Part shown: in pieces, positions 62,973 through 64,000 of the stretch
Layout of the letters: each line of letters starts with the position of its first letter
Position numbering within the stretch: position 1 is the first letter of the stretch
Assembly (NCBI RefSeq): GCF_018350175.1
Contig: NC_058368.1
Location: 175,710,001-175,774,000, forward strand
From: Felis catus
Lineage: Eukaryota
Reading direction: 5' to 3'
Length of the DNA stretch: 64,000 nt
Made by a program: the position numbers and the translations under genes
Notes under the pieces: model-generated
The model's input: the letters and a program-made list of their open reading frames with translations, nothing else
Databases searched by the model: none
Told to the model about the DNA's origin: nothing

Positions 62973-63729
62973 GTTTTGCTCTGGAATGGGACATAGAGCT
63001 TAAAACTGAAATGGGTACAAAATCAGATTGGTGACAGAAATAGCACTCTTTTCCGAAGCATGAATTCTATTTTGCCTAATCTAAAAAGAGATTTTTCTGC
63101 GATACAAACCTCCCCGTCTGTGCCTGCTTCACCAAGATGTAGGCTTTGATCGACTCCATCGAGTATGGAAACCTAACCCACCACAGAATGAACTATATTC
63201 GGGGCTCTGTCAGGTTAATCTCCAAAGAAATCTGACGGACAGGGCCGAGGCTTGAGGCAACACAGAACAGATAACCAGAGTCTGCAGCCCAGCCATCCCT
63301 CACGCGGCACAGCCTGGCACTGGGATGGTCCTCCTCGCGGGCAGACCTTGGTGACCACCCCGGAGACCTCCCGTGCCCACTGCAGGGCTTGACACGGGAG
63401 CTGCTCTGCAAACAGTCACCAGCTCACATCTCTGAGCTTACAAACGCGGGCGACGACCGTCAAACTTGACCTACCATCAGGATTCGCCAGCTAATCTCAA
63501 AACTGGCCAGATCTCAGACTTCTTCTCCAACATGGGTTTTCACATTTCTTTTCTGTGGCATGTACTGTTGATAACGAGCCTCACAGATGATTCGAGCATT
63601 CTGGGTATTTATATGGGACTTGAACCTTCCCTGAGGATTCAGACCTGTACCGTGAGGTCAGATTTTGACCAAATGTGCGTCTGTGATGTAGGCAACAGGT
63701 CTCGTTCTTGTCTTTTCTCTCACTTATTG

Positions 63730-63925
63730 TGGTTCAGAATTCTGTGTTTTGGGCTTACTTATCTTGTGTCTGTTTGCCCCCCTGAAAGTACTGATGTCCA
63801 TAAAGACCAGAACCCTATCTAGCCTGTTCACCACAGCAGAATATGACCTGGCACTAATATGACGAATGACACATGGCAGGTGCTGCACAAACACTGAATG
63901 AATGAATGAATGAATGAATGAATGG
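63730..63925 (+). mobile_element. L2 3' end with (TGAA)n tail
   Basis: ttacttatcttgtgtctgtttgcccc...ctgttcaccacagc...caggtgctgcacaaacactgaatgaatgaatgaatg. Confidence 0.75.
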
Positions 63926-64000
63926 GTTGGATCAAACACCTCTTGGCTTCTTAGCTCCCTGAGACAGACTCTTGGGCTCAGTATCACCAGAAGGCCTTTG

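Noticed and set aside
62350..62994. 214-aa Pro/Ser/Leu ORF on the - strand
   Set aside because: Complement of the same low-complexity tract

Overview
This is mammalian nuclear DNA from a felid. The evidence is about 19 tRNA-derived Can-SINEs of the cat SINEC_Fc type and a 3' tip resembling the cat-lineage L1. The window looks intergenic or intronic: I cannot support any protein-coding exon, RNA gene or CRISPR array, and the listed ORFs are explained by repeats, low complexity or chance. Most of the window is layered transposon fossils: MIR, L2, MaLR/ERVL LTRs, L1M 3' ends and hAT elements (MER5, MER102, MER53, MER113-like and a near-complete Charlie1a). Several repeat-free, motif-rich blocks could be enhancers. 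The most notable observations are: (1) a ~430 bp block at ~33.64-34.07 kb that lacks the usual mammalian CpG/TpA depletion and truncates an LTR; (2) a palindromic MER53 with one SINE in each arm in opposite orientation, forming a ~600 bp hairpin; (3) a 2 kb purine-rich tract with 205 bp and 91 bp higher-order repeats; (4) a three-level MER5B > 5'-inverted L1 > micro-L1 nest. Repeat family names come from my recall of consensus sequences, not from a database search, and the boundaries of old repeats are approximate.
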